From: a virus
IMG/VR virus record: IMGVR_UViG_3300020215_000009
Span: 1 to 52,467 of that record
Length of the DNA: 52,467 nucleotides
Reading direction: 5' to 3' (one strand)
In this document: in pieces, positions 7,287-14,968 of the stretch
Layout: each line of letters opens with the position of its first letter
Numbering within the stretch: position 1 is the first letter of the stretch
Program-made: the position numbers and the translations under genes
The notes under the pieces: model-generated
Seen by the model: the letters and a program-made list of their open reading frames with translations, nothing else
Told to the model about the DNA's origin: nothing
The model's database searches: none

Positions 7287-7829
7287 ATGCTGCTACAGGA
7301 TTCATTTTACCCTGCGACCCTGAACGGCTGGATCGGGCTGTTCATCTCGCTGACCGTTGTAGCCAGCACGATAGGCGGGATTCTGTACCGATTCGCGATC
7401 AAGCCGTTGGAAGATATGGTTAAGGCTTTGTCCGCAGCAACTGACGTGAAGATCAACGGCCAGACGCAGCACTTCGAGAGCCGCTTCGCGAACCACGGGG
7501 AGCGGATCGGCCACTCCGAGGGGCAGATCGGACGAACCTGGGAACGGGTGGAAGCGCTGGAACGCAGGGCAGACGTTTCCGAAGCCCACCGGGGCGAGAT
7601 GGAGAAAGACCTGGGGCGCATCAACACCCGGCTGGACAGCATCGCAGAACAGAGCACCGTCAACAAGACGGAGATTATCGCCTTTGTCCAGAGCCGCTTC
7701 GACGCGATGATGGGGACAGTCCAAAATCACTCAGAGGCAATGAGGCAGGCCGTTCATGAACTGGACAAACGGATGGCTGGCATTCTCGCCGTAGACGAAG
7801 ATAGACGCAGGCGCGAGCCGAGAGGATGA
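7287..7829 (+). CDS. membrane-anchored coiled-coil protein (180 aa; start may be GTG 7233)
   Basis: One N-terminal TM segment WIGLFISLTVVASTIGGILY, then a long heptad-like helical region. Confidence 0.55.
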   Translation: MLLQDSFYPATLNGWIGLFISLTVVASTIGGILYRFAIKPLEDMVKALSAATDVKINGQTQHFESRFANHGERIGHSEGQIGRTWERVEALERRADVSEAHRGEMEKDLGRINTRLDSIAEQSTVNKTEIIAFVQSRFDAMMGTVQNHSEAMRQAVHELDKRMAGILAVDEDRRRREPRG

Positions 7830-8071
7830 ACATGAAGATCAAATGGGAGCCGGCGATGGTCACGGGCGCATTCACCGCCGCTATCGCCCTGCTGGTGGGG
7901 TACGGGCTGCTGGATCTCAAGCGGGCCGGTCTATGGGAAGCGCTGGTCGTGGCGCTCCTTCCGCTGGCACAGGCGTTCTTCACCCGTCAGCAGGTCGTAC
8001 CCGTCCAGAAAATCGAAGATGCCGGGATGAGCGTGCGGGACATCAACCTGAAAGCGGGTAATGCTCCCTGA
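7826..8071 (+). CDS. small two-TM membrane protein, holin-like (81 aa)
   Basis: AMVTGAFTAAIALLVGYGLL and GLWEALVVALLPLAQAFF hydrophobic segments with a charged C-terminus; ATGA overlap. Confidence 0.5.
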   Translation: MNMKIKWEPAMVTGAFTAAIALLVGYGLLDLKRAGLWEALVVALLPLAQAFFTRQQVVPVQKIEDAGMSVRDINLKAGNAP

Positions 8072-8897
8072 ATTCTCCGAGGCGCAAGCACTTCTTGCCC
8101 AAGCGCGCGAGGCCCGTGCCGTTGGTGACGGTAACGCCTGCCTGGTGCGCTGTGTCGTTGCCTACGATGCAGCCAGGGCAGACGGAGACGTGGATACCGC
8201 GTTCTGGTCTCTGCTCTGTGCCGGCAACTTCCATCTTTCGCGTGCGGAACCGCATGATGCGCTCCGATGGTTCAGCGCCGCAGTAGACGAAGCCAGGGGA
8301 AATCACGCATCCGAGCTCCTGCCGCTGGCGCTTCACGATCTGTTCTTGGCGCAGGCGGAAGCCGGGATGCACGACGATGCCCGAAAGACTGCGCTCGCGG
8401 CCTTCGAGGCTTACCAAGACGCGATTCCATCACACCCGCATGTGGCCGGACTGGTGGCGGACTTCACGCTGCCGGACCTCTGGTATGGTGAACATGCGCC
8501 CGAAGTAGAGAAGAAACAGGCGGAGCGCGGGCTGCGGCTCTATCACACTGCGCTCTACTGTACGCCGGAGTTGAAAGCCAAACTCCAGATGTACTGTCTG
8601 GCGAACATCATTCACGCCGCAGGGATTCTTAAGCTGGAGAGCCGGTACAACCGCACCTGGATCGAGCTGCAACACGTTGTCCTGACACTACCCAACACTG
8701 AAGGTGTGGCCGCTTCGTACATTCAGGCCGGTGAAGGTGCCAGACGCTTCGAGCGCTTTGAACAGGCGCACGGCGCAGCAAAGACGGCCTTGCAGGTGGC
8801 TCAGAGCCGCGGTGAGTCCATCCTAGCCGAGCGGGCGGCCGTCCTGCTGGATCTGGCCGCCCGCTGTAGCACGGTGCCGCTACCGATGTTCGTGTGA
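8061..8897 (+). CDS. all-helical TPR-like repeat protein (278 aa)
   Basis: Repeated Ala/Leu-rich helix pairs throughout; no HTH or enzyme motif seen. Confidence 0.5.
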   Translation: MLPEFSEAQALLAQAREARAVGDGNACLVRCVVAYDAARADGDVDTAFWSLLCAGNFHLSRAEPHDALRWFSAAVDEARGNHASELLPLALHDLFLAQAEAGMHDDARKTALAAFEAYQDAIPSHPHVAGLVADFTLPDLWYGEHAPEVEKKQAERGLRLYHTALYCTPELKAKLQMYCLANIIHAAGILKLESRYNRTWIELQHVVLTLPNTEGVAASYIQAGEGARRFERFEQAHGAAKTALQVAQSRGESILAERAAVLLDLAARCSTVPLPMFV

Positions 8898-8901
8898 CCG
8901 A

Positions 8902-9090
8902 TCAGCCCCCCGATCCTCCCCCCGTCCCACTCCCGCCCGAACCTCCGCCGGTCGCGCCGCCGGAACCGTAGCCCGTTCCGGGTTGCGTAACCGGCGGCGT
9001 CTCGTCTCCCTCGCGCGTGCGGGTGCCTTCGTCGGGCTGCTGCGGCTGCGGCTGGGAGCGTTCCCGCTCCTGGTCCTTCGGTTGTGCCAT
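8902..9090 (-). CDS. small acidic, Gln/Pro- then Gly-rich disordered protein (62 aa)
   Basis: Track ORF 8902..9294 trimmed to ATG 9090 after ggcgaggacagc; third codon positions mostly G/C; C-terminus GYGSGGATGGGSGGSGTGGGSGG. Confidence 0.45.
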   Translation of the reverse strand: MAQPKDQERERSQPQPQQPDEGTRTREGDETPPVTQPGTGYGSGGATGGGSGGSGTGGGSGG

Positions 9091-9178
9091 GCTGTCCTCG
9101 CCGGGTTGAAAGGTGAAGCACGGGACGACGTAGCCAGCGGCGGGAACGGTGATGCAATCTGCGCGCCGGACGCCGCCC

Positions 9179-9207
9179 TTGCGTACTTCACCTATATATG
9201 CTATTAT
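9179..9207 (+). promoter_or_regulatory. Promoter TTGCGT-N17-TATTAT upstream of XRE gene 9251
   Basis: ttgcgt 9179-9184, tattat 9202-9207, 17-nt spacer, AT-rich island in a GC-rich genome. Confidence 0.5.
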
Positions 9208-9250
9208 GTAACCGAACACACCGGCCGCAATCACCTGAACGTGCGGAAAC

Positions 9251-9508
9251 GTGCACTCGACTCTTGGTAGCAGGCTGGCGGGACATCGCCGCAAAATGAA
9301 GCTGACTCAGGAGGAAGTCGCCTCCGTAGTCGGCATCAACGCCCGCTATTTGTCCAAAGTAGAGAACGACCGGGCGAAGCCAAGTGCGGATCTGGTGGGA
9401 CGGTTAATTCATGCGATGCAGGCCGATGCAAACGAAATACTGGGAATTGCGCACGTGGCGCCCGGCCCGTTGTATTCCCCTTACGAACGGTCCAACCCCG
9501 ATGCCTGA
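9251..9508 (+). CDS. XRE-family HTH regulator (85 aa)
   Basis: LGSRLAGHRRKMKLTQEEVASVVGINARYLSKVEND is an XRE HTH; GTG start. Confidence 0.8.
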   Translation: MHSTLGSRLAGHRRKMKLTQEEVASVVGINARYLSKVENDRAKPSADLVGRLIHAMQADANEILGIAHVAPGPLYSPYERSNPDA

Positions 9509-9716
9509 CGACCTGAACACTCAGTACCTCGACGCCATATACGAGGCGATGAAGGCGCGGGACATATGGACCGCTGCGAAGAACTCCGGCGTGCATGCGT
9601 CCATCGTGTCGGCGGCGGAACAACTTGCTCTTACCGACTATCGCGCGTTCACGCTCCGTTTGCAAATCATCCGCGAAGCCGTTGCTGCCGTCCTGAACGA
9701 GGAGCACGAACGATGA
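9501..9716 (+). CDS. hypothetical protein (71 aa)
   Basis: Track ORF 9411..9716 trimmed to ATG 9501, which overlaps the XRE stop. Confidence 0.55.
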   Translation: MPDDLNTQYLDAIYEAMKARDIWTAAKNSGVHASIVSAAEQLALTDYRAFTLRLQIIREAVAAVLNEEHER

Positions 9717-10183
9717 GCGCAACCGGAAACGTCTTTGAACAGCTAGCAGAAGAGACTCGCGAGCGGCTTGCGCTCAAGCCGTGCCCCTTCTGTGGCGGGA
9801 CCAATCTTTACGTCGGCACGAGCGGGGCCGAGCGGAGCGTCACCTGCGGCGCGTGGGGCAAGAACGGCTGCGGAGCGCAGGCAAAGGTTTTCTATGCCAC
9901 CGAAGCCGAACTTGCTGGTGCGTGGAACCGTCGTGTGTGCGGGTCGTTGGGCGAAGATCCAGAGGCAGCAGTGCGGGAGTTGCTGAGCCTTGCGCGTGTG
10001 CTTGGCAAGTTAGATCCCGAGACGCTCGACTCATACGAGGAAACCACGTGTTTTTTCTGTAGGGGGGAAAGATACGGGGTGCCCGGAGACCCTTCGGTAC
10101 TACACGACGAACGGTGTCTGTGGGTAAGCGCTCGTTCCCTGCTGGCGAAGTACGACACGGAGCCGAACGATGCCGCCCGCTGA
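9713..10183 (+). CDS. Lar-family restriction-alleviation-like protein with an extra C-terminal Cys-rich domain (156 aa)
   Basis: LKPCPFCGG...CG...AGAWNRR matches the Lar zinc-ribbon pattern; ATGA overlap; second cluster CFFCRG..HDERC. Confidence 0.6.
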   Translation: MSATGNVFEQLAEETRERLALKPCPFCGGTNLYVGTSGAERSVTCGAWGKNGCGAQAKVFYATEAELAGAWNRRVCGSLGEDPEAAVRELLSLARVLGKLDPETLDSYEETTCFFCRGERYGVPGDPSVLHDERCLWVSARSLLAKYDTEPNDAAR

Positions 10184-10427
10184 ACCGAATTCCGATGCCG
10201 CGTGGTGGGAGTGGGCCAAGTACGTAGCGATTGACGCCACCGGCGAAGTGTGGGCGTTTAGCGAAAAACCGACGTGGCGAGGGGAAGGTTACGGATTCTG
10301 GAGCGCGCCCCACGGCTCGGAGTCCTATCCGGTGTCCACGCCTACCGACGAAGACGCTGAGCCGGGTTCCGAAGCCGCCCGCACGCTCCTGTTCCAGCGC
10401 GTACCCCTGCCGGAGAACGACCGATGA
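10170..10427 (+). CDS. hypothetical protein (85 aa)
   Basis: Track ORF; Trp-rich; overlapping start. Confidence 0.55.
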   Translation: MPPAEPNSDAAWWEWAKYVAIDATGEVWAFSEKPTWRGEGYGFWSAPHGSESYPVSTPTDEDAEPGSEAARTLLFQRVPLPENDR

Positions 10428-10567
10428 ACGAGTGCACCGCCTGCCACGGTAGCGGCCTCATCCTCATCCGTGAACCGCTCGGTCACTCCAAAGCACCGTG
10501 CCCGTGGTGCGATGCCTTCGGGCGGAACATCCGTGCGGCGAAGCAGAGCAAGGAGAGCGACAGATGA
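10424..10567 (+). CDS. small zinc-finger protein (47 aa), DnaJ-type CxxCxGxG plus CPWC
   Basis: Hand translation MNECTACHGSGLILIREPLGHSKAPCPWCDAFGRNIRAAKQSKESDR; ATGA overlaps at both ends; too short for the ORF track. Confidence 0.55.
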   Translation: MNECTACHGSGLILIREPLGHSKAPCPWCDAFGRNIRAAKQSKESDR

Positions 10568-11067
10568 CCAAGGAAGAAGCCCGCAAAGAAGCGCAGCGGA
10601 GCGCCGACATTCACGGCCATCCCGTTCTCCTGTACCTTACCAAAGGCTCGCAGATATGGCTTCACGACTCTGGTTTCGCCAAAGACGATCCCGCTGATTT
10701 CGCGAGCGAGTGGGAAACCGTTCTCCCGTCGTCTCAGCAGTTGGACGTGCTGGTGAGCGCCGCTGTGGAAGTGCTCAGCAAGGGGACGAAGCGGCACGGG
10801 CAGTTGCAGATGCGTGATTACGCTGCCGACATTTTGGGACGTGCTCTCAAGTACATCGGTAGGCTCCCCGCCACGCTGGACCCGGAGTGCTTCCCCGACT
10901 GCATGATGGGTGATCCAGAAGAAGATGAAGCAGAAGCCGAGGGCGTGGAAGCGGCGGAGATGGGGTGCGGGCCTGATGCGAACCGCTTTGAAACGAGTTC
11001 ACGCCTCCATGCTGCATGGGAGCGCGGCTACTTCACAACGCTCGCCGGATTGGAGCCGAGTCAGTGA
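10564..11067 (+). CDS. hypothetical acidic protein (167 aa)
   Basis: Track ORF 10498..11067 trimmed to ATG 10564 (ATGA overlap). Confidence 0.6.
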   Translation: MTKEEARKEAQRSADIHGHPVLLYLTKGSQIWLHDSGFAKDDPADFASEWETVLPSSQQLDVLVSAAVEVLSKGTKRHGQLQMRDYAADILGRALKYIGRLPATLDPECFPDCMMGDPEEDEAEAEGVEAAEMGCGPDANRFETSSRLHAAWERGYFTTLAGLEPSQ

Positions 11068-11420
11068 ACAAGTGCGGCTATCGCGGGCCAAAACCATCCG
11101 ATCTCACCACGCTCCGCAAACTCATTTCTGCCAGGCGGGAGGAAATCGGACTGCGTGCGGTCGCTCGCGAGATCGGGATGAGTCCTTCGGGCGTTACGAA
11201 ACTCCTGACGCAGACCGATTATCCCTATCATCCGACGCTAAGGAAGTTGCGGGAGTGGCAGGCGAAGCGTAGCGCCGGGATGATGAGCGAGGGCGAGCGG
11301 CTGGGTTGCATCGTCGCGGTGATCGAGATGGCACGCGAGGTGGGACCCGGACTGTCGCGGGAAGACGTAGACCTGATCTACCACTACGCCAGCGGAGCGA
11401 TGAACGGAGGAACGACGTGA
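11064..11420 (+). CDS. putative HTH DNA-binding protein (118 aa)
   Basis: Track ORF 11016..11420 trimmed to GTG 11064 (GTGA overlap); LRAVAREIGMSPSGVTKLL is HTH-like. Confidence 0.5.
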   Translation: MNKCGYRGPKPSDLTTLRKLISARREEIGLRAVAREIGMSPSGVTKLLTQTDYPYHPTLRKLREWQAKRSAGMMSEGERLGCIVAVIEMAREVGPGLSREDVDLIYHYASGAMNGGTT

Positions 11421-11884
11421 GCAGCAAGGTATGGTTTCAGTGGCCGGATTTCATGCTGGAGTGGAAGCCGGCGAACGGGGCCGTGCTAACTCGCTATATT
11501 TCCGGAGAATGGTCGGGAAGCCTCCCCGTACCAGACGATGCCTACCACGCGGAGCGTCTGGGCATCACGCCTGAACTGCACCGCCTGGAGCACGAATTGG
11601 CGCACCACTTGGTTGGACTGAACTTTTACAAGTTCATTTTCGGGAGTCCGATCATATACCGGGACGCCCACAAGCAGCCGCAGCCCGAACGCGAGGCCGA
11701 ACTTGAGGAGTGGATGACAACGGCTCTCCAGTACCACTCGCACGGGCGCAAGGCCGATTTCGGAGCGCTGGTGGATCTTCAGGGTGCGGGTGCCGACGTG
11801 AACGCGCTCAGCAGGCAGTTGCGGGCGCTGATGGACCTTGCCGCTAGTCCCATTCCAGGTCTGATGATGAGGATGGAGCCATGA
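11417..11884 (+). CDS. HExxH protein, possible ImmA/IrrE-like (M78) metallopeptidase (155 aa)
   Basis: Track ORF 11306..11884 trimmed to GTG 11417; motif LEHELAHHLVG followed about 30 aa later by EREAELEEW. Confidence 0.4.
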   Translation: MSSKVWFQWPDFMLEWKPANGAVLTRYISGEWSGSLPVPDDAYHAERLGITPELHRLEHELAHHLVGLNFYKFIFGSPIIYRDAHKQPQPEREAELEEWMTTALQYHSHGRKADFGALVDLQGAGADVNALSRQLRALMDLAASPIPGLMMRMEP

Positions 11885-12195
11885 AAGCCCTGATCCGCTT
11901 CCTGCACCTATGCCGGGACGGCGTGATTCTTCTACGCGAGCAACGTAGCCCGCCGGAGCCTGAGGCTCGCCTGAGTGACTCCGATCTGCGCTGGCGGGTG
12001 GCCGAAGGACTCTCGCAGACTGGCCCGTTCAACAAGGGGGAGGTATACGCCGCCCCGATCGTGGCCGACGACGATGCGGAGCTGGTGCGGATGGTGATTC
12101 GTCGGCTGATGAGGCGGGAGCCGTCGGCGCTACGCTCGCGCTACACCTTGCAGAGGGAGGTCGCTGCGTCGAGAATGAAGGAGAAAGTACGATGA
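11881..12195 (+). CDS. hypothetical protein (104 aa)
   Basis: Track ORF; ATGA overlap. Confidence 0.55.
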   Translation: MKALIRFLHLCRDGVILLREQRSPPEPEARLSDSDLRWRVAEGLSQTGPFNKGEVYAAPIVADDDAELVRMVIRRLMRREPSALRSRYTLQREVAASRMKEKVR

Positions 12196-12428
12196 GCGAG
12201 ACGCCGTTCACGGACGCGCTGGACGCCTACTTGTCAGCCCGTACTCAATATCAAATAGCGGTGCGCAACAGTAGCGTTGTAGCTCAAGGCGGTTTGGTTA
12301 TTCTGAGAGATGGTCCGGTTCTAAAACAGGCTCCACACTCGTATCAGGATGAAGAACAGGAGGCTGAGCGGGACCTTGCCCGCGCTCGCGACGAGTTGGA
12401 ACGCCTGTATTCTCTGGTCGTGAGATGA
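12192..12428 (+). CDS. hypothetical protein (78 aa)
   Basis: Track ORF; ATGA overlap. Confidence 0.55.
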   Translation: MSETPFTDALDAYLSARTQYQIAVRNSSVVAQGGLVILRDGPVLKQAPHSYQDEEQEAERDLARARDELERLYSLVVR

Positions 12429-12721
12429 GCGAGCAAGAGGCACTGGAAGTGCTCCGGCAGATTGATGCAGGGCGGGAAGCCGTGTGGCGCACGGACGAAG
12501 GGTACAATATATACCCTGAGTACCAGACCGCTTCGGGTTGGCGATTCCGACTGTTCGATGACTGCGGGTCGCTGGATTACGTTGACGCCTACTCGCCGCC
12601 CGGCTCAACAGAGTGGATTGAAGCTGGAGAGCGGGAAGGCGGAGTGCTCTGGTACAAGACGAACCCTGAGCGTTGGATTTGGTGCGTGGGCGGAACGAGC
12701 CCCGCCGGGTACATCTGCTGA
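12425..12721 (+). CDS. hypothetical protein (98 aa)
   Basis: Track ORF; ATGA overlap; protein-like composition. Confidence 0.6.
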   Translation: MSEQEALEVLRQIDAGREAVWRTDEGYNIYPEYQTASGWRFRLFDDCGSLDYVDAYSPPGSTEWIEAGEREGGVLWYKTNPERWIWCVGGTSPAGYIC

Positions 12722-12776
12722 AGGGGTATCGTCATGAATAGGTGATTCATCTTTTCCGACAGAAGGAGAAGGTGCG

Positions 12777-13103
12777 ATGAGCGAAGTACCTGAACAAAAA
12801 TGGCGCGCGGTCTGTGGCTTGTGCGGATCGGAAGACCATGACGCCAGCTATCATTTTCCGAGCGCAACGCAAATTTCTGTAGCAAGGCTTTCGGAAAGCA
12901 TGAAAGAAGAAATCCGAGAGATCGCACGCGAGGTGAGCGGGCCAGCGACTCACGTCGTCGCCGTCGCCAACTTCACCGCCGACGAAGCACGCGCCTTCAT
13001 CCGCGAGGAAGTAGAGCGCGGGATCGGGCGCATCATCGCGGAGTTGGGCCCGCTACTGTTCCGAGACCGGAGCGGGAGCGATGCGCCGGACGGTAGCTCC
13101 TAG
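12777..13103 (+). CDS. hypothetical protein (108 aa)
   Basis: Track ORF; RBS aaggagaaggtgcg. Confidence 0.6.
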   Translation: MSEVPEQKWRAVCGLCGSEDHDASYHFPSATQISVARLSESMKEEIREIAREVSGPATHVVAVANFTADEARAFIREEVERGIGRIIAELGPLLFRDRSGSDAPDGSS

Positions 13104-13402
13104 CGACAGTCGCGCGTGGTGGTCGGCTTACCGGATTCCCGGTCGTCCCTGGCGCGGGCGTCACAAAGGTATTGGATATTGGACTCCACCCGGTCGAAGC
13201 GCATCTCAACCTCCCGGTCGTGCTGGGCGCGTTCGGTCTTGTATTGCTGGGCGCTGGCCCTGATAGACTCGATTTCCTTGCGGTTGGCCGCGGTGCGGTC
13301 CTCCATGCGGACGAAGACGGCGATCAACAGGATGAGGGGAATCAGGAAGGGAAGTATCCACTTCGGGATGCGCAGGAAATCGGACGAAGGCGTATCGGCC
13401 AT
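13100..13402 (-). CDS. single-pass membrane protein with a coiled-coil tail (100 aa)
   Basis: Track ORF 13100..13501 trimmed to ATG 13402; TM WILPFLIPLILLIAVFV; shares a CTAG stop with the convergent gene. Confidence 0.55.
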   Translation of the reverse strand: MADTPSSDFLRIPKWILPFLIPLILLIAVFVRMEDRTAANRKEIESIRASAQQYKTERAQHDREVEMRFDRVESNIQYLCDARARDDRESGKPTTTRDCR

Positions 13403-13588
13403 GTTTGTCTCGTGTGGAAAAGGGACGGACCCGCCGCAGACGCGCTTCCGTTTCGTCCGGCGGCGGGTCCTCAGGAACCCCCGCGGCGGGCGGCGGACCA
13501 ACGGTCCAGGCGGGGGGCGCGAGTGTGAGCGGAGCCGTGCGCCACCCCTATACTAACGTGCTGCACACGACTCGGAAAGGTGGAGACG

Positions 13589-13735
13589 ATGGACACGGAG
13601 ACTCCGCGGCGGGATGCGGTCGCTCGGTTGAACGAGCGCGTTGCCCAGCTTGAGCGCTCCCGGCCTACGTGGTTCTGGTATGCCGTGCTTGCTCTTGTCG
13701 TGCTGGTGGACGTTCTGCTAAGGGCACTCGCATGA
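13589..13735 (+). CDS. small C-terminally anchored membrane protein (48 aa)
   Basis: Hand translation MDTETPRRDAVARLNERVAQLERSRPTWFWYAVLALVVLVDVLLRALA; RBS aaaggtggagacg; about 70 percent G/C at third positions by hand count; not in the track. Confidence 0.5.
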   Translation: MDTETPRRDAVARLNERVAQLERSRPTWFWYAVLALVVLVDVLLRALA

Positions 13736-13830
13736 ACGACGGTCACATACCCTCTGGGATTCCCGAATGCATATTCTGCGCAGCCGTATGTATCGCGGAC
13801 CTGCTGATGCTCTGGATAACCTTCGTGTAG
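13732..13830 (+). CDS. tiny hydrophobic peptide (32 aa)
   Basis: Hand translation MNDGHIPSGIPECIFCAAVCIADLLMLWITFV; ATGA overlap. Confidence 0.35.
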   Translation: MNDGHIPSGIPECIFCAAVCIADLLMLWITFV

Positions 13831-13839
13831 GAGTCCACC

Positions 13840-14034
13840 ATGCTGCTGATGCTTCTGGTCTACGCCTTCGCGCTCGGCTTCTTGGTTGCCGCCGGGTACA
13901 GCTTGGGGCTGTGGGTGTTCAGGTTCCTGCGATATCCCAGAGGGCGCGTCGTAATTGACAGCGCGTTGCCGAAGGATCGGATTCACGCCGGAGATATCAG
14001 GATAGGTAGGATTTCCGGTGCTGATTTCACCTGA
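13840..14034 (+). CDS. small N-terminally anchored membrane protein (64 aa)
   Basis: Track ORF; TM MLLMLLVYAFALGFLVAAGYSLGLWVF. Confidence 0.55.
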   Translation: MLLMLLVYAFALGFLVAAGYSLGLWVFRFLRYPRGRVVIDSALPKDRIHAGDIRIGRISGADFT

Positions 14035-14052
14035 CAGGGTGGAGAGTGTCTA

Positions 14053-14328
14053 ATGGCTATGAGCACACACGTCGTGGGCTTCGTCCAGCCTGACGAGCGT
14101 TTCAAGGTGATGATGGCGATTTACGGCACCTGCAAGATGGCGGGCGTGTCGATTCCTCCGGAAGTGGAGAAGTTCTTTGGTGGCGGAGAACCCGATCCCA
14201 CGGCGTTTCAAGTGAGCTTGCCGGTTCAGGAGTGGAAGAACCCTGAGGGCACGCAGGAAGGCTATGAATTGCGTGTGAAGGACATTCCCGCACACGTTTC
14301 CGTTATCCGCTTTTACAATGCATGGTGA
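14053..14328 (+). CDS. hypothetical protein (91 aa)
   Basis: Track ORF; protein-like composition. Confidence 0.65.
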   Translation: MAMSTHVVGFVQPDERFKVMMAIYGTCKMAGVSIPPEVEKFFGGGEPDPTAFQVSLPVQEWKNPEGTQEGYELRVKDIPAHVSVIRFYNAW

Positions 14329-14337
14329 ACACGAGTT

Positions 14338-14688
14338 GTGTGCCCAATGGACTCGGAAAGCCTGATGAATGAGCATGCCTGGTACCCTCCTGACGCATGG
14401 CTTGTCGTTCAGGAAGACGACCGCAGCCAGAGCCTGTGCATCGCATCCGATCTTCCCCGTCTCGACGCGGCCGTGACGGCGTACCTCGATTCCGGGAAGA
14501 CCAGGGACACGCTCCTGTGCCTGACGTTCGTGGAAGGGACCGAGTATCATGTGCGGGCGAGTTGTATCCGGGCGTTTTGGCTGAACACGCCGGAGCATCG
14601 GAAGCGTTTCCTGATGCACGAACGCCATACCCGAGACGAAGACCGGGAACTGCGCTCGGAACTCGGTCTACCGTGGAAGGAGCCATGA
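14338..14688 (+). CDS. hypothetical protein (116 aa)
   Basis: Track ORF; protein-like composition. Confidence 0.6.
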   Translation: MCPMDSESLMNEHAWYPPDAWLVVQEDDRSQSLCIASDLPRLDAAVTAYLDSGKTRDTLLCLTFVEGTEYHVRASCIRAFWLNTPEHRKRFLMHERHTRDEDRELRSELGLPWKEP

Positions 14689-14747
14689 AGCGTAACCAGG
14701 TGCTTCCGCTAGGTTCTCCTTCCCAAACTTCAACAGGAGCAACGCAG

Positions 14748-14966
14748 ATGAGCGCATACGTCCTGGAGCGCTACGAGGGTGAGAATCTCGAAACCCACCG
14801 GCTGCTGGCGGCCTCTCTCGATGAACGCCCCCTGCGTAGGCTGGCAGAGTCCGAAGCCAAATGCCCTCTTAGATGGACGCCAGGCGAGTGTGCGGGAATG
14901 GTCTCCAGCGCCGAAGTGGAGAGCACGCAGACGGTGTACTGCATCTCCGAGGTGGAGGCGCTGTAG
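14748..14966 (+). CDS. hypothetical protein (72 aa)
   Basis: C-terminal part of track ORF 14397..14966; ATG 14748 after caacaggagcaacgcag; the upstream codons have low third-position G/C. Confidence 0.55.
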   Translation: MSAYVLERYEGENLETHRLLAASLDERPLRRLAESEAKCPLRWTPGECAGMVSSAEVESTQTVYCISEVEAL

Positions 14967-14968
14967 TT

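Noticed and set aside
8061-9508. Arbitrium/RRNPP-like peptide communication module
   Set aside because: The TPR-like protein has no HTH domain. The 62-aa ORF has no signal peptide and is on the opposite strand. The composition points away from Firmicutes, where such systems are known.
13471-13986. 171-aa minus-strand ORF over the micro-membrane-protein cluster
   Set aside because: Low-complexity translation with no RBS. The + strand micro-ORFs have RBSs, ATGA coupling, TM helices and higher third-position G/C.
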